A stretch of DNA of 64,000 nt from Candidatus Poseidoniaceae archaeon (lineage in GTDB: Archaea; Thermoplasmatota; Poseidoniia; Poseidoniales; Poseidoniaceae), in NCBI GenBank assembly GCA_049598575.1, contig JBMYNT010000001.1, positions 8,758 through 72,757 of the forward strand. The letters run 5' to 3'. The stretch's first letter is position 1. Every line of letters begins with the position of its first letter. Shown here piece by piece: positions 17,701 to 25,995 of the stretch. Made by a program: the position numbers and the translations under genes. The notes below the pieces were generated by a model, which saw only the letters and a program-made list of their open reading frames with translations, ran no database searches and had not been told where the DNA came from.

Positions 17701-20032
17701 TGTTTGTTCCGGAATACATCCAGTTACCATCGTACTCGAAGTCAAAGTGTTGCGAAGGGCGACGCGTCCAATCGCTTCCTGAAGTGGTGAGTTGGCTCAT
17801 CGAAGAACCGTCCCAGATATATCCACCGAGTTGCGTTCCAATCCAAAGATCGTTTCCGTTCACTTCCAATGCGTAAATGGTGTTGGACGTCATTATGCTG
17901 TTTTGGGATGTGATCGGTGTGAGAATCTCTCCAGTAGAGAGGTCCTTTCGAGCAACACCGTACCCGGCAAGACCCATGTGAAGAACGTCGCCAACGACGG
18001 CAACGGGGGCATTGTCGACACCATTGACGCCGGTTGATCCCCATGCTGCAAGGAACGTGTTGTTTGCAATATCGTAGCGAAGAAGGCCTTCATCGGACGA
18101 CCAGTATCCTACACCAGCGTAGGTTGCAACCTGTCCGGTTAGCAGGGTATTGGATGTGAGCTGGGTTGCTGAACCAACAGCGGTTGAATCTACATCGGCT
18201 CTGAACGCAGAGTATTCTTGAACAAAGAGGATTTGACAACCCGCTGTGGTCGTACAATCACCGACTGCTGCAATATCCACAATGTATTCTGAGCTCGCAT
18301 CTTGATTCGCTCCGGGAGGAATGTTGGTCCGAATCGAGCCGTTCTCGATAAGGAACAACCCGTCTTCAAGCGTACCTGCGATGATGGTGTCTCCAGTTGC
18401 TGCCAAGGATGTGACTGGATTGCCGATGTCAATTGGCGTGAGCCAAACAGAGGAAGCAATATCGAGGCGATCGACTGTTTCTGAGAAATACCCTGCTACG
18501 TAGAGGATACCGTTGTGTTCGAGTGCATCGGTGAGTGCAGCATCGGATGGGCCACTTGCGAGAACAATTTCCCGAGTTACGGTACTCTGCATACTCGCAT
18601 CAATCAGAACGATACGACCGCCATCTGTTGCAACATGCATCATCGATGAAGGTGCACGTTCCCCGTTAGCTTCCCAGGCGAACAAGGCATTGAACCCAGA
18701 TTCAGTGAGGTTGACGTTGTTGAGTGGGATGGATGATCCAAAGACACCCGTCGTGAGGTTGTAACGGAGCAGTTGATCACCGCTCATGATGTGAAGCGTG
18801 TCTTGATGCGATTGGATTCCCGAAACAACGTTGGATGGCAGCCAATTTGCATCGCTCCATGTTGCTAGCCAAAAACCAGAATTCCAGTTGTATCGTGCAA
18901 GTCCGCTGTCACTTGAAGCGAAGAGAAGTTGATTACCAGCGGATTCCATTTTCGTGACATCGTTGCTGTGGAGGACGTTGGCAGAACTCCAAGTGGAAAG
19001 AGGTTGATTGTTGTTCAAATCGTAGCGTCCAACACCGTTATCGGTTGCTGCATACAAGATTCCACTCTGTTCGTGCAGGTCGTTGACTCGTGTCGATAGA
19101 GGCCAGCTGTTCGAGGTCGCTGAAACAACCTGACTCCACGTGTTGGAAGCGTCAAGTTGGAGCAGTGTTCCATCACTTGTCATGACGTAGATGCCCGATG
19201 GAAGCACTTCAAACAGCCCAATTTCAAAGCCAGCATCTGGTAGGCCATCGCTTACTGTACCGTCGCTTTGCGAAATCAGTTTGAACATACCATCTGCGAA
19301 GGCAACGTGGATATTTCCACTCGGCCCAATAGCAATGCTTACAATCTCAGAATTGAGGTCGCTGAAGTCGTAAAGATCGATGATAGCAGCGTCGTTGTTC
19401 GCATCGAGAACGAGAATGGACGTGCTGCCCTGCAGGTAGAGTTGCCCATCGCTTGTATGTTGAACTGCATTGTAAAGAGGAATGCTCACAGGTGCGAACG
19501 ATGTAATTGGGTCTACTGGTGCTAGGGCTTCAAAGGCTAGTTCTGTGATGTCTGCATCCGAGGGCAAGGTCCAACCTGCGCCGGAGGCGCTGTTTGGAGA
19601 GAGTCGGTCTGAGTAAGGATTTGCTCCATCGAAAGAATCGGATGCGCCTAGGGTCCCAAGCCCTCTCCAATCGAAGAGATTGATGCCGATGTCGTTGGCG
19701 ACAAGAAGAGGCTCGTTGATCATGAGACCGTTGGAACCATTTACATGGATTTGGAGTGAAACGTTCGAAATCTCTGCACCTGGAGCGAATTCGAGAACCC
19801 AATCTGCTGTTGCTTGACTGGAGAGAATTGGGTCATTGCCCACGATTGCGTCCAACTGAATCCAACCAGTGTCGTTGGAACCAGAAAGAGGCCATGAGAC
19901 TACATCGTCCGTTTCGTGAGCAGATGCAATCGGTACACCTGCGAGCACAACAGACCATGATGCAAGAAGCATCAACAAGGTCAAAAAGAGGGCCTTTTTT
20001 GGTCCTCGACGGTCGGCATAGCGGTTGCTCAT
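11750..20032 (-). CDS. Giant type-I membrane surface protein (2760 aa): signal peptide, about 20 Reg_prop-like beta-propeller blades, 5-6 Fn3-like modules, TM anchor, Pro-rich cytoplasmic tail
   Basis: N-terminal KKALFLTLLMLLASWSVVLA...ASAHE signal peptide. Recurrent W[IV]G[TG]xxG[LVI]xR[YW][DN] blades. Repeated DxPxDDGxA[LI]xVxW...Y.V[YW] modules near the C-terminus. Hydrophobic LLAAGLVVVSLFLLLAIV anchor followed by RGRGKR and a PPPPPAPAAP tail. Confidence 0.85.
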   Translation of the reverse strand: MSNRYADRRGPKKALFLTLLMLLASWSVVLAGVPIASAHETDDVVSWPLSGSNDTGWIQLDAIVGNDPILSSQATADWVLEFAPGAEISNVSLQIHVNGSNGLMINEPLLVANDIGINLFDWRGLGTLGASDSFDGANPYSDRLSPNSASGAGWTLPSDADITELAFEALAPVDPITSFAPVSIPLYNAVQHTSDGQLYLQGSTSILVLDANNDAAIIDLYDFSDLNSEIVSIAIGPSGNIHVAFADGMFKLISQSDGTVSDGLPDAGFEIGLFEVLPSGIYVMTSDGTLLQLDASNTWSQVVSATSNSWPLSTRVNDLHEQSGILYAATDNGVGRYDLNNNQPLSTWSSANVLHSNDVTKMESAGNQLLFASSDSGLARYNWNSGFWLATWSDANWLPSNVVSGIQSHQDTLHIMSGDQLLRYNLTTGVFGSSIPLNNVNLTESGFNALFAWEANGERAPSSMMHVATDGGRIVLIDASMQSTVTREIVLASGPSDAALTDALEHNGILYVAGYFSETVDRLDIASSVWLTPIDIGNPVTSLAATGDTIIAGTLEDGLFLIENGSIRTNIPPGANQDASSEYIVDIAAVGDCTTTAGCQILFVQEYSAFRADVDSTAVGSATQLTSNTLLTGQVATYAGVGYWSSDEGLLRYDIANNTFLAAWGSTGVNGVDNAPVAVVGDVLHMGLAGYGVARKDLSTGEILTPITSQNSIMTSNTIYALEVNGNDLWIGTQLGGYIWDGSSMSQLTTSGSDWTRRPSQHFDFEYDGNWMYSGTNIGVCRYSPSNGAIDDCLNVYDGMPNWATYVVGVNSTTVFGGTFSGVGLIDKSSFTVDDEWEATASTSDAIVEVIDDVAYIGLTGIGVARWDITNSEWLTTWTEDNVLDNGNEIVTSLIADIRPGYIWVGGQDGFQLIGTANGTEFYDIEKSNSLYSGNGDPFDLTMYGFTMYYHQGTSSDSIYGIDVANFTSITPLDAGQRVGENGGDIAGLNIVGDMLLASVVSGQWWNQDGSGGIAQYNLSTSTWGTNVLPSGQVDRVTAFESSSGNTWISWGEIALEVYSSSGTKLGTWDNLEFPIREIIEYDGLILFATEDGVERFNETSFSWESTWTPGNGLPNNMGDWVGELWTDGTHLVVGSATFAGWGGFQRGVVGHLDGSSGTWSTFNTGQNGVPNGYPLSMSTCGSYLYIGLFNNNGGVMYMDLNTSSVIGSFTTSVLSSGRVASVACDAVDTLYVGYDADNQGISKYDTVSGTWLAKITSASNGLPTDPVWLDAMDFSNGKLMIGYDDSGGFAIISTRGTITGQASVQRVGTPVTSVKHTGTEWLIGQAGEASGYSRVDKLGTSGLYTAFELPALVSGNIPSLVSDGSKIWVGTESSFGGGGNGGGQGTAGILQGSFNSNGGIDWEEGWSFPFSTTIGDMLMDGTTIYISTSGNGLYVLDTTTGTLQRQTGSIHNSLGGLAMHQVSGVSTLYVGLLGTFSTAAGVQAFDVATQQFGAGQLLSGLPSDNIQGFAVSNDHVYVATQNGIGRWNMSANDWDNPLTTADGLPSSNIEDIKFISNTLYIASGSGLTQYIPTTGAITTNTSADGLLGNSVWSIETYSPPSANQAVQLVLGHDGAGSERPGVSMVDSSSNGVVSTHRFDQLPSNYITAVASDYAGLHIATDVGPLIHYDGLSNEFEDGLSSSQISSWPIYRMSSDGMHLMVMGLNAMTIVEAHTASHSSVKSAIVQNPTNVAVGSNGFWLTTSDAGLRGWTPATAFDEMESQTSRYANPLNIGFNSEYMDITNMTHPGFSIDLVTPDAPVSLNSSIGQPGVHGLLFQTVPLIMTSPVSNAAVWAKSTTLRYDTVLELDNTTGVEDGLQLAINNGQLINGTRFVPIKLISPTNGSIEVRLTYDWVRLDTPVEIADMYDRPDDGGGALTVEWTLVHDPDFSRYLVYVSDQPWTALPTDIDLVGRIIDKSESIHSRLKADVTTANGVPLVDGVEYYALVVVEYNNGRYGLPSQVFGPVTTSNEVPTPPEWATAQPLSGGVAGDLETEWARCTALDLQETRIYASTQSMTDILGLSVEASVLPTEGNTTILNLEPGKPYWLGFTCVDLTGQEDMMNATIIGPVVPTGGVDDGIPPAKLQNVWAIDTPADEGGRITVGWDTSDADDCAFYVVYMITGVVFTTDPSSVAGFSESTVVNNCDDNSTIVSELDDLPLVNGLEYHIGVVAFDTWLNGNLNDVEIVTATPIDNSNGVAMPPKRIESIQAYDHPDDDGTAIDVVWSISDAGDFSQYVVWAADKPVDDVSYLWNLYGDDSAFCGCIVIDKQWIDEDKNPIELTLNTALYGLGGNSDSFGPGDTPQLIKPGVELFVTVTVHDVQGNVYTDDLLSASVVPINNFEDTTPPPRLENVSLTDRPMDDGSALLLDFELSSAGDVSQYDVYAASWSFTSVGVGADGPNAPIATLERNPDLPFKITILAGDLPVLPGQETWAAVVPVDSSGNAIKTDLTVVRAQSVDDNVTDPGNYLPSIEGITLAWVEERDILVSWNHSNDLSVEGYQIHISSTDFMDISDAMFLDETIANSFVISSQIFPDLVNTSDWFVSVTTFDDDEVRKTVDAKKINAVDASGKVTDETNAGNDLESLLTTPNLLAAGLVVVSLFLLLAIVRGRGKRSQKEKEWELQTATWGISDDSWNSPPQSNVPPPPPAPAAPVQADSLFRAAERIDSQNIGREQYNAPRPVMNPVRAPIDNDLLNDLDIGTPQQPSKSGIDTSFLDDLL
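12143..14360 (-). repeat. Tandem Fn3-like modules (about 6 copies, each 110-145 aa) in the giant protein; boundaries approximate (+/-30 nt)
   Basis: Each module contains D-[RHT]-P-x-D-D-G-x-A-[LI]-x-[VL]-x-W and a downstream S/D...Y-x-V-[YW] element. Confidence 0.5.
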
Positions 20033-20056
20033 ATCGATGATGCAATCACTTCAGTA

Positions 20057-20062
20057 CATAAA
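20057..20062 (-). promoter_or_regulatory. TATA-like box (TTTATG) at -25..-30 of the giant gene ATG
   Basis: Spacing fits an archaeal leaderless promoter in the 58-bp spacer after pyk. Confidence 0.3.
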
Positions 20063-20090
20063 GGCCCTGTGTCGTTGATAGAACAAAGCA

Positions 20091-21560
20091 TCATTCCAAA
20101 TCGGACAATTCGCCTTGCTCATTGATGAAAAGCAGTCGAATGGTCGAGGTTCTTCCCGAGATAGCTTTGGGCGATCCTGAAATAGCAACAATCGTGTCAT
20201 GGGGGCGAATCTTCTTCATGTCATACAACTGCTTGACTGCTTCAGCAACGGTTGAACGAGCACGCGATTGTTCCTCAACAATGAGTGACTCGACTCCTGG
20301 AAGAATCGTTGTACGCCGAGCAGCGCGAATACGATTCGTCATTGCGTAGATGGGGATTCGAGGCCGGTGCGCCGCCATTAGTCGTGCTGCGTTACCATGT
20401 TCTGTACCAACGATGAGATGCTTTGCATCGGTTTCTCGTGCGATTTCGATCGCAGCACCGGCAATCACACGAGTGGATACATAGGCAGCCAATGCAGGGG
20501 GATCGGGCAATCCCTTGGTCGATTGTTCAACAGTTTCAGCAATACGAGCCATCGTTTCAACAGCTTTGACAGGATGCTGACCACTTGCAGTTTCACCGGA
20601 CAACATCACAGCGCTAACGTGCTGACGGATGGCTGTTGCAACGTCTGTAACCTCTGCTCGCGTGGGCCGGGCATGATTGACCATGCTTTCCAACATCTGC
20701 GTTGCAACAACAACAGGCGTTCCACGTTCGAGGCATGCAGAAACGATTCGTTCTTGTGCAGCAGGGACCTCTTCGAGTGGAATCTCAACGCCCAAATCTC
20801 CGCGAGCGACCATGACCACATCAGCAGATTCGACAATAGCAGTGAGATCCTCAAGCGCAGCTGGATGTTCGATTTTTGCTACAATCCACGTGTGGACGCC
20901 TGCGGCCTCAATGCGTTCACGGGCTGGAATCAAATCTGCAGCACTTCGAACATACGAAACGGCAACAAAATCAACGTTCTGCGAGAGCGCATGGTCGAGA
21001 CAATCCAAGTCGTGTGGACCTACTGCAGGTAGTTTCACCAGTGTCCGTGGGACATTGATGCCTTTTCGTTCGGTGAGAATGCCACCGTCTTCAACTCGAC
21101 ATCGAACGATTTCACCCTCAAAATCTGGTGCAGTGAGGACTTCTAGACGAATCAGCCCATCCGAGAGCAGGACAGGATCTCCTTTTTGCAAATCCTTTGA
21201 CAATCCCTCCCATTCGACGGGTAGGGTTTTGACCATCTCGCCCAGTATGGTGGTGCTTTGAGGAGGCAAACCTTGAGCATAGCCACAGTGAAGGTCAACG
21301 AGTTCTCCCCGCAACAATTCGACTTCACCTTCGAAACGCCCCAAGCGGAGTTTTGGACCAGGCAAATCTGCGAGCAATCCGATGTATGTGCCTGATTTTG
21401 TCTCTGCTTCTCGAATGTTCTGAATCGTTCGTTCTTTACCTTCGAAATCGCCATGAGAGTAGTTGAGTCGTGCAATGTTCATTCCCGCATTCATCATTTC
21501 TGCGAGCGTTTCAATATGATCGCTGGCTGGACCAATTGTGGCAATAATTCGAGAGCGCAT
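20091..21560 (-). CDS. pyk: Pyruvate kinase
   Basis: MRSRIIATIGPAS...NIARLNYSHG N-terminus and full-length barrel, lid and C-terminal domains. Confidence 0.9.
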   Translation of the reverse strand: MRSRIIATIGPASDHIETLAEMMNAGMNIARLNYSHGDFEGKERTIQNIREAETKSGTYIGLLADLPGPKLRLGRFEGEVELLRGELVDLHCGYAQGLPPQSTTILGEMVKTLPVEWEGLSKDLQKGDPVLLSDGLIRLEVLTAPDFEGEIVRCRVEDGGILTERKGINVPRTLVKLPAVGPHDLDCLDHALSQNVDFVAVSYVRSAADLIPARERIEAAGVHTWIVAKIEHPAALEDLTAIVESADVVMVARGDLGVEIPLEEVPAAQERIVSACLERGTPVVVATQMLESMVNHARPTRAEVTDVATAIRQHVSAVMLSGETASGQHPVKAVETMARIAETVEQSTKGLPDPPALAAYVSTRVIAGAAIEIARETDAKHLIVGTEHGNAARLMAAHRPRIPIYAMTNRIRAARRTTILPGVESLIVEEQSRARSTVAEAVKQLYDMKKIRPHDTIVAISGSPKAISGRTSTIRLLFINEQGELSDLE

Positions 21561-21708
21561 ACGTTCTCCTCACGCTAGGTTAGATTGTCATATTCCATAG
21601 TCCTTCCATAGATTATGGTTGTAATTTCCGACAATCTGAACCCTTCAAAACAAACTTATCAAGTGAATTTGCGTTCGTTTTGCGACATACGCCGGTAGAA
21701 ATAGAGCA

Positions 21709-22695
21709 TCAATCCGGCGAGTCATCTTTGACGAACTCGCGCAGGAACTCCCACGCAATGGCTGTGATGTCCAAGCCCGTTGGGTTGCCTTTCAGAGTGG
21801 CCTCATTGAAGGGGCCGTCGGCACCTTCGTAGTCGTTGAGGTAGGGGTTATGCTGAGCGAGATTCAATGTGTACAACACGGCTTGTGAACCGTCCTCGCA
21901 CTCTGTGAATTTCTTGATTGAGTGGTCTGATTCCACCGTCTCAAAGTCGGGCACCAGCCCAGAGCATCCGTTGGCGTCAGCCCAATAGTAGAGGTTCTGG
22001 ATGGCGCCCTCGTCCCCTTCTAATGTACCTGCGACTTGAAAAGATGCGGTTGAAGAATGGCCGTAGAGCACGCCTGGATCCAAAAATCCATGGAATTCCA
22101 TGACGGGAATGGGTGAGTAGTCGCCCGACTTCGGCTCTACGGTGTAGCCGGCCATGCATGCGATAGCGGTGATTTTGTGGCTGGCCACCATCGCCATTTC
22201 TTGGCTCATAAAACAGCCGTTGCTCCATCCGCTCAAGTACACGCGACTCGCATCAGCCGATCTGTTTTCGACCATGAAATCGATTAAGGTGAGCAGGAAG
22301 CCGACGTCGTTTTCCTCACCACAGCACCAGCCAAAATTCCATCCAAGATCGATACCTTCAGGGTGCACGAGAATCGTATGGTCCACATCTGTGACGCGGG
22401 CAAAATCTGAGAGGTTGTTCTGCAGTTCGGCGGTCACGTGCCGCCCGTGCATGTCGATGAGCAGGGGGCACGAATGTTCCTTGCAAAACTCGAGGGAAGT
22501 GTTTGCAGGAACATGGACGAACCAGCATCGTTCAATGTCATCAAACTCGAAACACTCTCGCGCGTCCTCGGGTTCGGAGGCAAACATCTCATCATCTGCT
22601 GCCGGTGCAACTTCCACCGATTCAGAAAGACAACCGCTCATGGCGGCCATGAGCAACAAGAGTGGGCACAACGCAGCAAGAATCTGTGTCCTCAT
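21709..22695 (-). CDS. Secreted lipoprotein, esterase/PHB-depolymerase-like alpha/beta hydrolase
   Basis: Signal peptide with an AMSGC lipobox-like site and a GWSNG nucleophile elbow. Confidence 0.55.
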   Translation of the reverse strand: MRTQILAALCPLLLLMAAMSGCLSESVEVAPAADDEMFASEPEDARECFEFDDIERCWFVHVPANTSLEFCKEHSCPLLIDMHGRHVTAELQNNLSDFARVTDVDHTILVHPEGIDLGWNFGWCCGEENDVGFLLTLIDFMVENRSADASRVYLSGWSNGCFMSQEMAMVASHKITAIACMAGYTVEPKSGDYSPIPVMEFHGFLDPGVLYGHSSTASFQVAGTLEGDEGAIQNLYYWADANGCSGLVPDFETVESDHSIKKFTECEDGSQAVLYTLNLAQHNPYLNDYEGADGPFNEATLKGNPTGLDITAIAWEFLREFVKDDSPD

Positions 22696-22729
22696 GTTCC
22701 CCCTCTGGATGTAGACAATCGGGCATCTT

Positions 22730-22746
22730 CAATAGTTCTTCTATTG
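22730..22746. promoter_or_regulatory. Inverted repeat CAATAG-N5-CTATTG in the divergent esterase/maeB intergenic region
   Basis: Perfect 6-bp arms read directly from the sequence; candidate operator. Confidence 0.25.
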
Positions 22747-22848
22747 TCAATGGTGGTTTCAATCACCATTCAGAACCCTGCAAAAGATGGGAATAACGAG
22801 CGAAGACTCAAACCATTGATGCGTTCAAGTCGAAATTAGGGGAACGAA

Positions 22849-25167
22849 ATGGACGACAAGAAAGACCAACTTCTTCGAAAAGAAGCCCTCGACTACCATG
22901 AGGAAGCGCCTCAAGGAAAAATCAAGGTTGTACCTACAAAACCACATTCTACAGCACACGAACTTTCTCTCGCATATTCGCCAGGGGTTGCATACCCTTG
23001 TCTTGAAATCGCTGAGCGTCCAGAAGATGCGTATCGATACACATCAAAAGGAAATCTGGTCGCTGTTATTTCCAACGGCACAGCCGTTCTCGGCCTTGGT
23101 AACATTGGAGCACTAGCGAGCAAACCAGTCATGGAAGGAAAGGGATTGTTGCTCAAAACGTTTGCAGATATTGATGTGTTTGATATCGAAATCGATGTGA
23201 CCGACCCTGAGGAGTTCATTCAGACTGTGGTCAACATTTCCAAGACGTTTGGAGGTATCAATCTTGAAGATATCAAAGCCCCGGAATGCTTCGAGATTGA
23301 GCGCAGAATTGCAGAAGCAACGGACATTCCTGTTATGCACGACGATCAACATGGTACTGCCATCATTTCAGGTGCAGCATTGTTGAATGCTGTTGAACTT
23401 CAAGAAAAGAAACTGGATGAGATTTCGGTTGTTGTCGTAGGTGCAGGTGCATCTGCGTTTGCATGTGCAGAACACTACGTAGCACTTGGCGTTCAGCGAT
23501 CGAACATCAAGATGGTCGACTCCCAAGGCATCATCACAAAGGGACGTCTTGATCGAGGCGAACTGAATCAATACAAGGCAAAGTTTGCAGCTGATTGCGA
23601 TGATGGACAACTTCTCGATGCGATGAAAGGAGCCGATGTGCTCCTTGGTTTATCCAAAGGCGGGCTCGTCACGCAAGAGATGGTTGCGGCAATGGCGGAC
23701 AAACCAATCGTGTTTGCTCTTGCAAACCCAACACCAGAAATCATGCCCGAGGAGATTCTTGAGGTAAGGAACGATGCCATCATTGCAACAGGACGCTCCG
23801 ATTATCCGAATCAAGTCAACAACGTTCTCGGATTCCCTTATATCTTCCGTGGAGCACTCGATGTTCGAGCCCGCGATATTACACAGAACATGAAAATGGC
23901 AGCGACACGTTCTCTTGCAGAACTTGCCAAAGAACCTGTTCCAGATTACATCTCTGCAGCCTACGATGGCGCCACGATGGAATACGGGCCTGAGTACATC
24001 ATCCCGAAACCGTTTGATCGTCGAGTTCTCATCTGGGAGGCTTCTGCCGTTGCTCAGGCTGCTGTCGAAGAAGGAATCGCATCGGTGGCACCCGAAGAAT
24101 TCTCACTTCAATCGTATCGAGAGGATCTTGAAGCGCGTTTGGGCATGACCTATTCGATCATGCGAAGCATCATCAATCAAGTTCGTCGTCGAAACAAGCG
24201 CATTGTGTTCCCAGAAGGTGACAATGAGAAGGTTATTCGCGCAGCGGCTCAATTGGCTGAACAGAAAATCTGCAAACCAATCTTGCTCGGTCCAATCGAC
24301 CGAATTGCTCGAATGATGGAAGAGATGCATTTCAACTTCGATTACGAATGCTATGACCCTCGTTTCGATGAACGCCGTAAAGGTGCTTACACGGATGCAT
24401 TGTTTAATCGACGAAAGCGAAAAGGTGTGACAAAGGTCGATGCTGCACGATTGCTCAAAAGCCGACCTTATTTCGCAAGTCAAATGGTTGAAGCAGGAGA
24501 TGCAGACGGATTCGTTGGCGGTGTGAGTCGAAATTACAGCGATGTACTTCGCCCAGTGTTGGAAACCATCGGCGCCTCGGATGATGCTCATTGCCTCATT
24601 GGCTGTTACATGGTCACCATCAAAGGAAAGATTCTGTTCCTTGCTGATGCAACCGTGAATGTGTACCCGGACAGCAGAACACTTGCTGAAATCGCCGTTC
24701 AAACGGCCAAGGTTGCTCGTCGATTCGGCGTTGATCCAAAGGTTGCCATGCTTTCGTTTTCCAATTTCGGAAGCACCCGTGCGCAGCGGAGTGACCGAAT
24801 TGAAGAAGCGGTTGAAATGGCTCGTATTCTCGATCCAACACTGGTCATTGATGGCCCGATGCAAGCGGATACTGCGCTCGATTCAAACGTTCAGAAGGAA
24901 TACCCATTCATGGAATTTACAGGTCCTGCTAACGTTTTGGTCCTACCAAACTTAGCGTCAGCGAACATCGTGTACAAGATGCTTGAACAACTTGCAGATG
25001 CTGAAATGACAGGCCCGATTCTCGAGGGAATGAAACACCCAGTTCAACTCGTAGCTCGCCAAGATGGTGTACGACACATCGTCAACATGGCAGCGATTTG
25101 CGTCGCAGATTCGATGCGAAAAGACTCCTATTGGGAAACGTTGGCAAGCAACCCATCCGATTCTTGA
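22849..25167 (+). CDS. maeB: NADP-dependent malic enzyme with C-terminal phosphotransacetylase-like domain (MaeB type)
   Basis: Malic enzyme core (YSPGVA..., VVVGAGASA Rossmann) plus a PTA-like C-terminal half; 772 aa. Confidence 0.85.
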   Translation: MDDKKDQLLRKEALDYHEEAPQGKIKVVPTKPHSTAHELSLAYSPGVAYPCLEIAERPEDAYRYTSKGNLVAVISNGTAVLGLGNIGALASKPVMEGKGLLLKTFADIDVFDIEIDVTDPEEFIQTVVNISKTFGGINLEDIKAPECFEIERRIAEATDIPVMHDDQHGTAIISGAALLNAVELQEKKLDEISVVVVGAGASAFACAEHYVALGVQRSNIKMVDSQGIITKGRLDRGELNQYKAKFAADCDDGQLLDAMKGADVLLGLSKGGLVTQEMVAAMADKPIVFALANPTPEIMPEEILEVRNDAIIATGRSDYPNQVNNVLGFPYIFRGALDVRARDITQNMKMAATRSLAELAKEPVPDYISAAYDGATMEYGPEYIIPKPFDRRVLIWEASAVAQAAVEEGIASVAPEEFSLQSYREDLEARLGMTYSIMRSIINQVRRRNKRIVFPEGDNEKVIRAAAQLAEQKICKPILLGPIDRIARMMEEMHFNFDYECYDPRFDERRKGAYTDALFNRRKRKGVTKVDAARLLKSRPYFASQMVEAGDADGFVGGVSRNYSDVLRPVLETIGASDDAHCLIGCYMVTIKGKILFLADATVNVYPDSRTLAEIAVQTAKVARRFGVDPKVAMLSFSNFGSTRAQRSDRIEEAVEMARILDPTLVIDGPMQADTALDSNVQKEYPFMEFTGPANVLVLPNLASANIVYKMLEQLADAEMTGPILEGMKHPVQLVARQDGVRHIVNMAAICVADSMRKDSYWETLASNPSDS

Positions 25168-25991
25168 ACACCATCTTCGTATGGGATTGATGGTCGTCGT
25201 GGACGCCAGATGGCGCCTGTAACAAACCCAGCAACAAGTCCTCCGAACAAGAGATTGGCCCAACCGTCGAGGGCATACGATCCGAAACCGCGCAGGACTG
25301 GAATGAGGAAGGAAGGAATGATTCCAAGCAATGTTGTCCAGATGATTTCAGTGCGGAGGTTGCCGAGGACATCAGCACTCATTGGAACACGACGCGCAGG
25401 TTCGACTCGAGGCGGAGAGAGGACGAATCGAATCACGGTGTTTGGGAGCGGGCGGTCCACTGGAATGTTCGATGTTGCATGCGTTCCTGTTTTTCGAGGA
25501 TGCATCTCCACTGCAAGTCGGTGATGTTGGAGCGGGCCATCGGTTTCAACGGGACGTGGTCGTCCGTCCATCATTCCTCCACGATGACTCGTTGCAGCAG
25601 CATCGCTGAGAATTTCGACAACACCAGGTTCAAGTTCAATGTTAGAAAATGCGTGACTCCACTCAGGGAACGATGGTAATCGTGCTTCCAATGATTGTTC
25701 CCGTTCAATCGAATCGAGGGTTGACTGGACTGTTGCTTGCAGAGATTCGATTTCGTTGATTGTGAGGCCAGTCATCGGTTCGCTAGCACCTTCCGGTGTC
25801 TCCGACTCTCCCAACAGTTGGGCAACTTGTCCGCGCGTCAATGGATGCTTAAGGATGTAAAAAGAGGGCAATCGAACCTCATATCGAGGCCGTTGACTTG
25901 CGTAAATCCAGCCTCCACGATCGCTTCCAAGCCATGAACTCCCTGAGGCGATGGGGATGAAATCAAGACCATTGAGATTGATGTTTTCCAC
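25128..25991 (-). CDS. FGE/SUMF1-like domain protein with C-terminal TM region (degenerate)
   Basis: N-terminal GSDRGGW...RYEVRLPSFYILKHPLTRGQ matches the start of the FGE-sulfatase domain; the remainder is diverged and the C-terminus is hydrophobic. Confidence 0.4.
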   Translation of the reverse strand: MENINLNGLDFIPIASGSSWLGSDRGGWIYASQRPRYEVRLPSFYILKHPLTRGQVAQLLGESETPEGASEPMTGLTINEIESLQATVQSTLDSIEREQSLEARLPSFPEWSHAFSNIELEPGVVEILSDAAATSHRGGMMDGRPRPVETDGPLQHHRLAVEMHPRKTGTHATSNIPVDRPLPNTVIRFVLSPPRVEPARRVPMSADVLGNLRTEIIWTTLLGIIPSFLIPVLRGFGSYALDGWANLLFGGLVAGFVTGAIWRPRRPSIPYEDGVQESDGLLANVSQ

Positions 25992-25995
25992 AAAA

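Noticed and set aside
20397-21261. Long antisense ORFs (211 aa, 194 aa) opposite pyk, and similar ones opposite maeB (24103..24864), ftsZ (39228..39863), pabAB and the giant gene (for example 15328..16062)
   Set aside because: They lie inside confidently identified genes on the other strand and have Ser/Arg/Cys-rich, low-complexity composition typical of spurious antisense frames. No motifs.
22154-22714. 186-aa ORF on the plus strand inside the esterase gene
   Set aside because: Fully contained antisense to a gene with clear hydrolase motifs; no features of its own.
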